Virus record (IMG/VR): IMGVR_UViG_3300033067_000289 | Coordinates: 1 to 35,615 of that record | Length of the DNA: 35,615 bases | Strand: one strand, 5' to 3' | Origin: a virus | Taxonomy: Duplodnaviria > Caudoviricetes | Part shown: piece by piece, positions 7,674 to 16,734 of the stretch | How positions within the stretch are numbered: position 1 is the first letter of the stretch | Layout: the number at the start of each line of letters is the position of its first letter | Made by a program: the position numbers and the translations under genes | The notes under the pieces: model-generated | The model's database searches: none | Told to the model about the DNA's origin: nothing | The model's input: the letters and a program-made list of their open reading frames with translations, nothing else

Positions 7674-9505
7674 TCTTCGCGGTTTGCAATCGCGCCGCGC
7701 AGCGTAGGAGCACCGCGCCCATCACCAAACAGGTCCACCGATGAGACCGACGAAACACCCGCCATGGTGGCCACGCCATCCGGCACAAAATTGCGCCCGA
7801 TAGTTGCGGCAGCGCCAAGTCGCTGAGTGTTTGCAGCATCAGGTATATCGCCAGATACACCCACGGCCCTACCAAAAGCAGGCCCGACAGGCACAGTGTT
7901 GCCCGTCAGGTCCTTGGTTACCAAGCCGTTATCGTACCGGAAAATCGCCTGCCCGGATGCAAATGCAGCAGGCTCTGCACAGATCACGTTCCCCCGCGCG
8001 CGGAAATGCTGGTTCGCTCCACCGTTGCGCGGCTCGACGTAGATGAATCCAGATCGCGGCGCGATTGGGCCGTAAGGATGCGCGAGGCGGCCCGCGGACG
8101 CCACGGCGGTGTTGTTGTCAAAGGTCACGTCAATACCGAACAGGTTAGACGCATCAGTGACAGCCAGCGCCGTATTGCAGTTCGCGATCAAGTTGGACGT
8201 GTAGGTGTTCTTGCGCCCGCTGTTGTCCTGGATCGCAATGCCGCAGCCTTCAATGATGTTCTGGGTCACCAGGTTGTTTGCGCTGCGCTGCTCGATATAG
8301 ATTCCGCTACCGTCAACGGTCTGGTCGCCAATGCCGTTCTTCATGTTGCGCACGAAGTTGCGGCGCACAATGTTGCCGCCGCGTGCTGCCGTTTGGCTAC
8401 CATCCCCAATGTATTCATTGATGTAGATAGCCGCTTGGCACGCGCTGTTGTTGCCGTCAATCAGCACGTTGTCCTCAACGATGCAGTTGAGATTGCTGTT
8501 GCCCATGTTGATCGCTGGGCCGCCGATGCTTTGTGCTGTGTTGGAGTGGATGTGGTAAGTGCAGGAGTGCGCCGCGTTACCATCCGACAGAAACAGCCCG
8601 CCAACATCGTTTGCAATGCAGCCGCGCACCTCGACCATATTTACACGCGCACTGTTGACAACCCAAATACCAGAACCGCACTGCTCGAACCGGATGTTTT
8701 CGATGGTCCAGTAGTCAGCATTGGACCCAAGCGAGAAAACGCCGCGTGTGTACTGAGCAAGCACCACAGAACCAGGGCCACCGTAATACGTAGTCGGGTC
8801 CGTCCCTGCCGGTGCGTAAATGTAAATGCGTCGGTTGGTTTCGTCAGGCCAGTATTCAAAATCGCGAGTGAGTCGGTTTGCAGTCCAACTACTAGATGCG
8901 CCACGGTCGATGCCCCAGGCATTTGCGGCCACGGGGAACCGCACGTAGGCGTACCGCCCGAACGCTTTGATGGTGGTGTCCGGGTTCGTGAAATACCAGG
9001 CCAGGCGCGACGCATCCCACGTCCATTGAGCCGCCGTAGGCGTGTAGAAGTAGCGGAACGTGGGACGCTGGGATGGAGAACCGCCCGGATCGTAGTTTGT
9101 GAGCGTCAAGCGGCTGGACGCGTTACCAGCTTTGCCGCTGAACGAAATTCGATCAGCAAGGTTCCAAACGCTGTCATTGGCAAGCGCAATCACTGCGCCA
9201 GGCGTCAACGTTTGCGCCAGTGCTTGTTCAAGCGTCTGATATGGAGTGGCGATACTGGTGCCGTTGTTGGCGTTGCTGCCACGGTTAGCGTCAACGTAGT
9301 AGGTCACCTGGCTGGGTGTCACCGAGCGCACGGGGCGCATCGAGCGCTGCAAACGGGAATACTGAAGGGCAGACATACCCCCCACCACCTGCCCATCAGG
9401 CCCAATCGTCTGCCCTGCGCCATTGACCCGCACAAGGTCAAACGCCTGCGCCAAGTCTTCCTTCTGTTGCGTGGTGGGTGCGTTGCCGCCTACAGTTGCA
9501 GTCAT
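7670..9505 (-). CDS. Right-handed parallel beta-helix protein (pectate-lyase-like; putative depolymerase/adhesin)
   Basis: YYVDANRGSNANNGTSIATPYQTL cap motif, then Asn/Ile/Gly-rich rungs (IENIRFE, IVEDNVL, IVRRNFV, DGSGIYIE, LVTQNII, YTSNLI, FDNNT); no signal peptide; GAGG RBS. Confidence 0.85.
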   Translation of the reverse strand: MTATVGGNAPTTQQKEDLAQAFDLVRVNGAGQTIGPDGQVVGGMSALQYSRLQRSMRPVRSVTPSQVTYYVDANRGSNANNGTSIATPYQTLEQALAQTLTPGAVIALANDSVWNLADRISFSGKAGNASSRLTLTNYDPGGSPSQRPTFRYFYTPTAAQWTWDASRLAWYFTNPDTTIKAFGRYAYVRFPVAANAWGIDRGASSSWTANRLTRDFEYWPDETNRRIYIYAPAGTDPTTYYGGPGSVVLAQYTRGVFSLGSNADYWTIENIRFEQCGSGIWVVNSARVNMVEVRGCIANDVGGLFLSDGNAAHSCTYHIHSNTAQSIGGPAINMGNSNLNCIVEDNVLIDGNNSACQAAIYINEYIGDGSQTAARGGNIVRRNFVRNMKNGIGDQTVDGSGIYIEQRSANNLVTQNIIEGCGIAIQDNSGRKNTYTSNLIANCNTALAVTDASNLFGIDVTFDNNTAVASAGRLAHPYGPIAPRSGFIYVEPRNGGANQHFRARGNVICAEPAAFASGQAIFRYDNGLVTKDLTGNTVPVGPAFGRAVGVSGDIPDAANTQRLGAAATIGRNFVPDGVATMAGVSSVSSVDLFGDGRGAPTLRGAIANREE

Positions 9506-9518
9506 GGTTTAGTCCTCG

Positions 9519-10085
9519 TCAGGAGAAGATGATGGGTTGCCCGTCAATGAGCACGGGCTCACCGTCGATCAGCAGGGCCGCGCCCAAGTCGCGGGTCGGG
9601 TTGATGTTGACGCGCACCAGGGCCAGCGAAGGTGCACCGGGCGACGATGGGTTGTGGCGAACGACTGTTGCGCCGTCGATGGCGATCTGACCAGCACCGG
9701 CCACGCCTGCGCCTACCTCGCCAGTGGCCACATCGTAGAACAGGCGTGACCCAATCGTGACGGGGTTGCCCACGGTCAGCAAAACATAGACCTCGCCCTT
9801 TTGGATCAGTTCGCATTGGCGCTGATTGGGCAGCACGTCCAGCGGCTCGCCGATGTCGTTGACGGCGTGAGTTTTGGGCAGGGTCAGGAAGCCAGCAAAC
9901 AGCCCACCGCCCCCGGCCTGCACGGTTTCCAGTGCTTCGGATCGGTAGGTGAACGCCCGCCCGAACACGTTGTTACGCGGGTCGGTGGAGTCGGTCATCA
10001 CGGCGACCGTGCGCGACGGAATGCGCACACCCACTTCACCGGGGATGCCGGACTGCAACTCGAAAATCGGACCAGATGGGAACAT
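9519..10085 (-). CDS. Second copy (paralogue) of head decoration protein with C-terminal extension
   Basis: Aligns without internal gaps to 18246-18731 (SGIPGE, NNVFGRA, VQAGG.GLFAG, GEV.VLLT, GATVVRHNPS..APSLA); extra tail INPTRDLGAALLIDGEPVLIDGQPIIFS. Confidence 0.88.
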   Translation of the reverse strand: MFPSGPIFELQSGIPGEVGVRIPSRTVAVMTDSTDPRNNVFGRAFTYRSEALETVQAGGGGLFAGFLTLPKTHAVNDIGEPLDVLPNQRQCELIQKGEVYVLLTVGNPVTIGSRLFYDVATGEVGAGVAGAGQIAIDGATVVRHNPSSPGAPSLALVRVNINPTRDLGAALLIDGEPVLIDGQPIIFS

Positions 10086-10088
10086 GGC

Positions 10089-10403
10089 TCACTCCAGATC
10101 GGCGGCGGTCACATAGACAAGGGACTGGTCAACTCCAAACCGCTCCCACCACGGGTATGCGTCATCGACGGTGACGAACATGAAGTTGCCCGCATTGGGC
10201 GCGACACCATCAATCAGACGCCGATATGGTATCACCGGCAAGCCTGCCACAACACGCTGGCCGCGCAAAATAGGCGTGTCGTTGAGGTCAACGTCAACCG
10301 CCATGACGCCCTCGCAAGCCTTGATCGTGAGCGTCCAGCGCACCTCATCCAGCGTGACCACGACAGACTGATTGGCGACGGTTTGCAGCGGGATGGTACG
10401 CAT
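10089..10403 (-). CDS. Baseplate plug-like protein
   Basis: 104 aa, IPLQTVANQS..YP.W..FG...LVY pattern; follows the Dit-like gene. Confidence 0.7.
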   Translation of the reverse strand: MRTIPLQTVANQSVVVTLDEVRWTLTIKACEGVMAVDVDLNDTPILRGQRVVAGLPVIPYRRLIDGVAPNAGNFMFVTVDDAYPWWERFGVDQSLVYVTAADLE

Positions 10404-10957
10404 CAGAACAGTGCCTTATAAAGTAGCGACTGACGCCGCACGGGGGCTTGCTGCGCCGCTGGGGTGGCTGTGGTCTGTTGCTGCCCGCGTGCGACCGTGG
10501 ACGACTGCGCCGGGCGGGCGACTTTGCTCGGTGGCAGCGTGCCGTACTCTGGTTCAATCGTGATCCACTCTTGCAGCGTGATCGGCACGGCAATGGCCTC
10601 GCCCGTCTCGGGTGTCTCGTCGTGCGGGATGGCCGTGATCGCCAGCGAGAAGTACAGAGCCACCTTGGTCTGAACGGCCACCAGCGTGCGCGACTGAAAC
10701 GCCTGGCGAAGCTCGGCAAAGGCGTTGCGGGTTTCGTCAGTCAGCAGAAAATCAATCGTGACTTGGATGGGGTTGCGCACGAAGTGGTCCGAGCGCGTGG
10801 TGCCGTCCTCAACCGGGAACTGCGTCAACTTGCCATCCTCCCGCACGGTGACGCGCATGGGCTGCGCCGCCGTGAACAGAGGCACCAACGACTTGGTGTC
10901 CAGCACGGCTACGAGGTCTTGCGTGGAGTTGATGACGCCCGGTGTGGTGCTTGCCAT
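10403..10957 (-). CDS. Dit-like / tail tube initiator baseplate protein
   Basis: LTQFPVEDG...SDH...P motif immediately after the TMP. Confidence 0.78.
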   Translation of the reverse strand: MASTTPGVINSTQDLVAVLDTKSLVPLFTAAQPMRVTVREDGKLTQFPVEDGTTRSDHFVRNPIQVTIDFLLTDETRNAFAELRQAFQSRTLVAVQTKVALYFSLAITAIPHDETPETGEAIAVPITLQEWITIEPEYGTLPPSKVARPAQSSTVARGQQQTTATPAAQQAPVRRQSLLYKALF

Positions 10958-10958
10958 G

Positions 10959-12401
10959 TCAACGCTCCATGCCTGTGGCTGATGCGGTTTGCAGGCGCTT
11001 GAGTTGCCCGTTCAAAGACCCGCCAATGTCCCGACTGATGCCGTTCGCGTCCGTGGCCTGCGTCTGCACACGCACCTCACCGATGCTGACGTTGGTCTCG
11101 CGTTTGCCGCCGATGCTGTTGCTGATGGCCGCGCTTGACATGCCGTTGGTCGGAGCCCCCGCAGCGTAAGACACAGCAGCGCGACCAGCGGCAACACCCT
11201 GCCCGGCTTCGTCCGCATCAAAGCCGAGGAACCCACCCACAGCACGCGCCACACTGCGCACCTTGTCCACCCCGGCCATGATCTTGCCAATGAACAAGTC
11301 CCACGCGCCAGTGATGCCATCCCAGATGCCCATGACGAAATCGCCCAGCGCCTTGAACGCGGCGATGGCGGCAGGGATGACTCGACCGATCAGGCTGTCA
11401 TTGCCTTCGATGAAGGCCATCACATCATCGTAGGCCAGCGCGAACAGCGCAGCCAGAGCAGCAACCGCTGCGCCCATGGCGATCATGGGCCATGTGGCGG
11501 CAATCGTGGCGGCGGCTGCGGCAATCATGCCGGGGAGGTACGCATAGGCCACCACAGCGGCGATGGCGATGAAGAACCCGGTGATGAGGTCTTGATTTTC
11601 ACGCGCCCACGCCGCCGCCTTGCCAACCCATTCCACAAACACCGTCAGCGCCGGGATGATGGCTTGGTAAAAGCCATCCGTGAGCGAGCCCACGACTACG
11701 CGGGTCTGGTTCATGGCGTCCTGAAATTCCTTCGCACGCTGCACCGACTCAGCCGTGACCGTGCTTTGCTCTTTTTGGGTGCGGAGCATGTCTTCCAACG
11801 CGCGGCGGCCCTTGAGGATCATCTCGACCGTGCGGTTGTCGGTGATGCCCAGCTCTTTGATGCGGAAGACCGCCTGCCCGCGCGGCAGCGACTCCACCGC
11901 CGAAGCAAGGTCCAGCATGCCTTGCATGGCCGTCTTGCTCTTGCCGTTGACATCCAGCAGCGACACACCCAGCGCCGCAAAGGTCTTGGCCCGGCCCGAC
12001 TCCACATCGGCCATCGCCTCGCCCATCGCCTCTGCCATGTCGGTCAGGCTGTCACGTGCGCCTTGGGCGTCCCCGCCCATCATCTCGGCAGCCTTGCCGA
12101 AGGCGTCCACATCTTCGGTCGCCATGCCCAGCGCCTCAGCGGTGCGATTGATGGCCATGATCTGCTCGGCACGCCCGATGGCACCCGTCACCGCTTGCGA
12201 TGCAGCCACAGCACCGGCCAGCCAGCCCACCAGCTTGGTGGTCATGGCGCGGAATGAGTCCGCCGTCTTGTCCGCCTGTGCGTCGGCTTCCTTCATCGAC
12301 TTGATGAGATCGTCCGTCGATTGCTCGGCCTTGTCCAAGCCACGGTTCATCGTGGCCGTGTCGGCTTCGAACAGGATTCGGAAGGTGTCAAGCAGAGCCA
12401 T
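10959..12401 (-). CDS. Tape measure protein (480 aa)
   Basis: Ala/Met-rich helical protein with a hydrophobic central stretch and YDD...F..G.DSLIG motif, after the tail chaperones. Confidence 0.88.
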   Translation of the reverse strand: MALLDTFRILFEADTATMNRGLDKAEQSTDDLIKSMKEADAQADKTADSFRAMTTKLVGWLAGAVAASQAVTGAIGRAEQIMAINRTAEALGMATEDVDAFGKAAEMMGGDAQGARDSLTDMAEAMGEAMADVESGRAKTFAALGVSLLDVNGKSKTAMQGMLDLASAVESLPRGQAVFRIKELGITDNRTVEMILKGRRALEDMLRTQKEQSTVTAESVQRAKEFQDAMNQTRVVVGSLTDGFYQAIIPALTVFVEWVGKAAAWARENQDLITGFFIAIAAVVAYAYLPGMIAAAAATIAATWPMIAMGAAVAALAALFALAYDDVMAFIEGNDSLIGRVIPAAIAAFKALGDFVMGIWDGITGAWDLFIGKIMAGVDKVRSVARAVGGFLGFDADEAGQGVAAGRAAVSYAAGAPTNGMSSAAISNSIGGKRETNVSIGEVRVQTQATDANGISRDIGGSLNGQLKRLQTASATGMER

Positions 12402-12631
12402 CAGCGGTTCCGGTTAGCGTACTCAGCGGCCAATGCCTCATTGTGCCTGTTGACTGTGGCGATTTCCCAGAGGTTCATGGCGTCCTCTAGGTCAATCGTC
12501 GTCATCAACTCGGTGTACGTGGCGAGCCGTTCAGTAACGATGGCGGCAAAGAATCCATCAGCGTTTTGATAACTTGCGGCAGGTACTTTTGAAGCAGGGA
12601 GCCCACGAAGTCTGAGCTCCCTGCGAGTCCG
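12401..12631 (-). CDS. -1 frameshift extension of tail assembly chaperone (gpGT-like)
   Basis: -1 frame open from the slippery site to TGA at 12401-12403 (TGATG overlap with TMP): ...SYQNADGFFAAIVTERLATYTELMTTIDLEDAMNLWEIATVNRHNEALAAEYANRNR. Confidence 0.8.
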   Translation of the reverse strand, partial: RTRRELRLRGLPASKVPAASYQNADGFFAAIVTERLATYTELMTTIDLEDAMNLWEIATVNRHNEALAAEYANRNR

Positions 12632-12951
12632 AAAAAAGACGTGTTGTACTTGAGCATTTCAAGCTCAAGCCGAATCAGCGCCTCGCCATCGGGCACGTGG
12701 TTATCAATCAGGGCTTGCGTGATCAGGCGCAGCATCGACCCATCATCACGCTCCACGGCCACGTACTTCATCATCAGCAGCATGGCCTCGGTGCTGGTGC
12801 CATAGTCGCCCAGCTTGGGCACATTGGCGACCGGGTACTTGGCGAGGATCTCGCGGCCCACCGTGGCAGGCAGGCGCGAAATCACGAAGCTGTGTTCAAT
12901 GCCGTCACGGTCTTTGACCTTGACGCTTTGGGGCTTGATGAGGTCTGCCAT
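12505..12951 (-). CDS. Tail assembly chaperone (gpG-like)
   Basis: Between tube and TMP; FVISRLPATVGREI, LIDNHVPD and MLKYNTSFF motifs. Confidence 0.82.
   Translation of the reverse strand: MADLIKPQSVKVKDRDGIEHSFVISRLPATVGREILAKYPVANVPKLGDYGTSTEAMLLMMKYVAVERDDGSMLRLITQALIDNHVPDGEALIRLELEMLKYNTSFFGLAGSSDFVGSLLQKYLPQVIKTLMDSLPPSLLNGSPRTPS
12631..12637 (-). other. Slippery heptamer T-TTT-TTC for programmed -1 frameshift
   Basis: In-frame X XXY YYZ (TCT TTT TTC, S-F-F) inside the chaperone gene, linking to the open -1 frame. Confidence 0.78.
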
Positions 12952-12954
12952 GGC

Positions 12955-13407
12955 TTAGACGGCGCGGGTCTGGCTGTAGTCTTGGAAGGCGAACACGTAA
13001 GCGTTCGTCTTGATGCGGCCGCCGCTGGCCACCGACCCGCCCGGCATGCCCGATGTCATCTTGCCTTCGCTGAAGGTCTTGGTGGAGCCGTCAGGGTAGG
13101 ACGCCACCAGCGTAATCACGTCGCGGGCGTTGCGCTTGCCGCGTGCTGCGCGGTTCGCGTCCCACAGGATCGACAGATTCTTGTCGGACTCGCTTCCGGG
13201 AATGACGTTGATGGTGGGCGTCATCGGCGTCGGGCTTGACCACGTGACCAGATCGCCGTTGACGTTCATGGCCGTGCTGGCGATCTCGACAGCGGGGATG
13301 TCGAACGGGTCAGCGTCGTCGGCCACTTCGGTGATCGTGAAGCCGTTGGGGAAGGTCTGCGAAGCCCGCAGAACGAGGGTAAAGCCTTGTGCGCTTACGT
13401 CTTGCAT
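12955..13407 (-). CDS. Tail tube protein
   Basis: 150 aa after the sheath; ASQTFPNGFTITEVADDADPFD..NGDLVTW pattern. Confidence 0.85.
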   Translation of the reverse strand: MQDVSAQGFTLVLRASQTFPNGFTITEVADDADPFDIPAVEIASTAMNVNGDLVTWSSPTPMTPTINVIPGSESDKNLSILWDANRAARGKRNARDVITLVASYPDGSTKTFSEGKMTSGMPGGSVASGGRIKTNAYVFAFQDYSQTRAV

Positions 13408-13423
13408 GTCAGTCCCTTTCGGA

Positions 13424-14914
13424 TCAGATCAGGTTGTGGCTGCCGGTGATCTTGCGCACCACGTCGCCCTTGGAGTACACCAGCGTGTATTGCGCCTCGT
13501 ACTCGGTCACGCCCGACACGGGCACGCGCTGCACGATGACCACATCGGCCCAGAAGCCCTTGCTCTGCACGTCGCGCCATGCGTCGGGGTCGCCCGTGAT
13601 CTGCGCAATGGCGATCTGTTGCGCCACCGTCAGCACCTTGTCGATGATGATGGTGCCGTTGATCTTGGCCTTGTTCACCGCGTCGGCAAGTTGGGCCAGG
13701 ATGTACGCGCGGCCCTCGTTGTTCGCGGGAATCTTCGACAGCGACAGTTGCAGGCTCAACAGTTGCGCGGTCAGGTACGACTTGAGCCATTGCTCATTGG
13801 CGTGCACGCTCATGTCCACCGGGGAGGTCGCGCCACCCAGCAAAAAGCCGCGCTGGAAGAAGCTGATGTTCTGCCCGGCGCTGGCGGTCTGACCGTAGTA
13901 GTTCACGCGTGCAGCGTCGTACACATTGGCCAGTGCGTCGGTCTTCACGTCAGCGGTGAACCCACCCACTTGGCGGTACATGTAGTTGATGGCCGAACCA
14001 CGACGGTCGTAGTTGGTCGCGGCCATGATGGCTGCGGGAATGGCTTCCTTGTACTCGCCCGCCGTGCCGTTCAGGATCAGGCCGGTGGACTGGATGCCAG
14101 TCAGCGCGGCAGCAATGGCCGTGTAAGTGGTGGGCGTCACGCTCACATAGTACTGGTACTTGACGTTTTCGCCCGCGACGTACTGCGCCACGGCCTTGTG
14201 CTCGTCGGTCGTGATCGTGGGGCCAAACGATGCCGAGCCGAACGAGTCCGACACCTGCTCGGCAGCTTGGAAGGCGTCCAGCGGGGTCTGTGCATCGACG
14301 CCTGGCGACAGGATGGCGGTGGGGCCGACCCAGCCGAGGGCCTGCGCCAGCGTGCCATCAGCCACCAGAACGGCGGCATCTTCGACCACAGCGCCGGTCA
14401 GCACGAACGACTGACGCGAGGCGTCGTAGGTCACGGTGGCATTGGCGAACTGTGCGCCGGTCTCCAGTCGAATGGCGGTTTGCAGGGCAGTCGCCACGGC
14501 TGCAAACGACACAGCGGCGGACAGGTTGACGCCGGTCACGTCTTGAGTGGTGCCGCCGAAGGTGATCTGCACCGAACCAGAACTGATCGCGGTCAAGTCA
14601 TTCAGGCTGGCGTGAGTGCCACCGAAGACAGCGGGAGCGCGGCCAGAGGGTGCGTATGCTGCGAACTGCAAAGCACGCGGGGCGCTGGCCGGGGCTGGCG
14701 ACACATAGCTGAAGTATTGGCGGGCAAACGCAGCTTCAGCCGAGGACGAACCGAAGAAGGCGTCAGCGTCACCTGAGCCCATCTCGACAAGAGCCCCCAC
14801 GGGCACGCGGGGGTCCGTCACAAAGCGGCGGTGATCGAGTTTGCGCTGCGCCACGCTGGACGCGCCAGCCACCGCCGAGATGATATCGACGTAACGGGTG
14901 ATCTTGATTGCCAT
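13424..14914 (-). CDS. Tail sheath protein (DUF3383-like)
   Basis: 496 aa; MAIKITRYVDIIS, FFGSSSAEA..A..YF, NYYGQT, ANEQWLK and terminal KITGSHNLI. Confidence 0.92.
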   Translation of the reverse strand: MAIKITRYVDIISAVAGASSVAQRKLDHRRFVTDPRVPVGALVEMGSGDADAFFGSSSAEAAFARQYFSYVSPAPASAPRALQFAAYAPSGRAPAVFGGTHASLNDLTAISSGSVQITFGGTTQDVTGVNLSAAVSFAAVATALQTAIRLETGAQFANATVTYDASRQSFVLTGAVVEDAAVLVADGTLAQALGWVGPTAILSPGVDAQTPLDAFQAAEQVSDSFGSASFGPTITTDEHKAVAQYVAGENVKYQYYVSVTPTTYTAIAAALTGIQSTGLILNGTAGEYKEAIPAAIMAATNYDRRGSAINYMYRQVGGFTADVKTDALANVYDAARVNYYGQTASAGQNISFFQRGFLLGGATSPVDMSVHANEQWLKSYLTAQLLSLQLSLSKIPANNEGRAYILAQLADAVNKAKINGTIIIDKVLTVAQQIAIAQITGDPDAWRDVQSKGFWADVVIVQRVPVSGVTEYEAQYTLVYSKGDVVRKITGSHNLI

Positions 14915-14925
14915 GAGTGGCCCTT

Positions 14926-15462
14926 TCAGACTCGATGAATCGACAGCGTGGGCGCTGCCTCTTTGGTGGCTTGAGTGATCGTGATTTTACGCGAAACCAC
15001 GAAGTCGAAGGAGGGATTTTGTTCGTACTGATCCAGGTCGTTGACGAAGAACGGCGCACGCACGGCGCTAGGCACTTGAACGCCCACGCCCACAGCGGTC
15101 ATGGCTTCGGTGAACCTGTTGGACTGCACGATCATGCGAACGAGGTTGCACAGGTCTTTGGCCGTGGCGCTGGTAGTGTCGGTCGGGCTGTCCGGCGTGA
15201 ACACGTTGACTTGAAACTGCGTCTGCATGTACTGCGTCTCGATGGTCTCAAGCTGCAAAGTTTGCGGGTTCGCCCGCGTCGTGCGGCCCTGCCATCCGCG
15301 CGGCGTGTCAGACACCGGCCAGAAGTACACCCCACGCGCCACGCGGCCCTGCGCGGTGCCAGGCTGGTTGCCAGCGATGACCGGCAGGTCAGTCACGCCC
15401 GCGTGCGTGAGGCAGTCCAGCAGCGCAGCGCGGATGGCGATGTGCAGGGCTTTGTCGTTCAT
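14926..15462 (-). CDS. Tail terminator / neck protein
   Basis: Immediately upstream of the sheath; R.PFFVND.DQYEQNPSFDF motif. Confidence 0.75.
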   Translation of the reverse strand: MNDKALHIAIRAALLDCLTHAGVTDLPVIAGNQPGTAQGRVARGVYFWPVSDTPRGWQGRTTRANPQTLQLETIETQYMQTQFQVNVFTPDSPTDTTSATAKDLCNLVRMIVQSNRFTEAMTAVGVGVQVPSAVRAPFFVNDLDQYEQNPSFDFVVSRKITITQATKEAAPTLSIHRV

Positions 15463-15830
15463 GTGGCGGGTCCGATGTCAACGCAGATGATGGACACCCA
15501 GCCGTCTTGCACGATCCAGTCGTCCGTGCTCACGACTTCGTACTTGCGGCCATCGGCGATCAGCAGATCCGGGGACGTGCCACGGTTGACACCCTCCACG
15601 GGGGCCGAAGCCCAGAAGCGCCGGTATGTTTTCGACGTATCAAAGCCCAGCTCTTTCACGCGATCAGTCGGGTCAGACTGCCATGAGCCGGACAGCGGCA
15701 CATCGGGCGCGTAGGTCACAACCCAATTTCCAAGCGCGTTCTGCGTGCGGCCCGCAAACGCCCGCCACATGACGGTTTTGCGCCCGATGAGGCCAAGGGC
15801 CATGTTCAGGACGTTTGCGCCGGGGGTCAT
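15459..15830 (-). CDS. Head closure / neck protein
   Basis: 123 aa; PGANVLNMAL.LI, GSWQ, DW..QDGW pattern; synteny. Confidence 0.72.
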   Translation of the reverse strand: MTPGANVLNMALGLIGRKTVMWRAFAGRTQNALGNWVVTYAPDVPLSGSWQSDPTDRVKELGFDTSKTYRRFWASAPVEGVNRGTSPDLLIADGRKYEVVSTDDWIVQDGWVSIICVDIGPAT

Positions 15831-16312
15831 GCGGTCACCTTGTAGTCAACCGAGTTGATCATCTGCCCGGTCGCTACCAGCGGCTTGCCGATGCTAGGGC
15901 CCGCCGTTGCGGCGACACCCGACGACAGCCGATTGAGCCGCGCGGCGACCGTGGCGTCAGACAGTGCGGGCGAGGTGACCGACTGGATGGACTCTTTGAT
16001 GTGCCCGGTGATCCGTGCGCCCATTTGCTCCAGCACCTGGCGCGTGGTCAGCTTTCCGTCAGTCACGGCCCGAAACCCGCCCGCGAAGTTGCGCACCCAT
16101 TGGTCGCGCTTTTCGGCAATGGCCGGGCGCATGAACGGACGCGCGGGAATCGGCCCCCATCCAAACTCATGGATTGATGCAACGTACGCCACAGGGACGC
16201 CGGATGGATAAACGGCAGTGTCGAAAAAGCCCACCTCAAGCCGCGCCTTGTGCAGCGACTCCATCTGCTTGCGCATGCGGGCGATGCCCTTGCCGTAGAT
16301 CACCTTAGCCAT
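15827..16312 (-). CDS. Neck / tail completion protein
   Basis: Start reassigned to ATG 16312; VGFF...Y..G.PVA.VA.IHEFG..IPARPFMRP and KPLVATGQM motifs. Confidence 0.82.
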   Translation of the reverse strand: MAKVIYGKGIARMRKQMESLHKARLEVGFFDTAVYPSGVPVAYVASIHEFGWGPIPARPFMRPAIAEKRDQWVRNFAGGFRAVTDGKLTTRQVLEQMGARITGHIKESIQSVTSPALSDATVAARLNRLSSGVAATAGPSIGKPLVATGQMINSVDYKVTA

Positions 16313-16731
16313 CGCCCCCCCGGAAACACCCCGGCCACGCTGCGAAACGCGGCCCGCTCGGGTTGCCCGCCCACGTACACGCCACCCGATGAGCAACGTG
16401 ACAGCAGGGCAGCAAGCTGGGTGCCGTACGGCGTGGAGAACAGCCAGAACTTGTAGGCGCTTGAGCCCACGGGCGGGGGCGCGATGGTCACGCTCACCTT
16501 GTCGATGGTGGCGTTGGTGACCGGCCCGGACGCGCCGCCATTGGTGGCAGCGGCTTGGAGTTGGAGCATGTGGGCAACCATCAGTTGCCACATGGCCTCA
16601 TCACAGTCACACGCCCCGTCCTGCCCCACAAAGCACAGCGCGGCCGTTGCCGTGGCGTTCACCGTGGCGTCAGAGACGGCAGCGAACTGCGGGTAGGCAA
16701 CGCGGAAGGCGGGCAGGTCGAAGGTGGCCAC
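16300..16731 (-). CDS. Head-tail adaptor, DUF4054-like
   Basis: FRVAYPQF, LMVAHML, WLFSTPYG motifs. Confidence 0.88.
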   Translation of the reverse strand: MATFDLPAFRVAYPQFAAVSDATVNATATAALCFVGQDGACDCDEAMWQLMVAHMLQLQAAATNGGASGPVTNATIDKVSVTIAPPPVGSSAYKFWLFSTPYGTQLAALLSRCSSGGVYVGGQPERAAFRSVAGVFPGGRWLR

Positions 16732-16734
16732 GGC

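Noticed and set aside
8006-9532. 508-aa + strand ORF opposite the beta-helix gene
   Set aside because: Antisense shadow of a real gene; V/R/A/H-rich with no motifs
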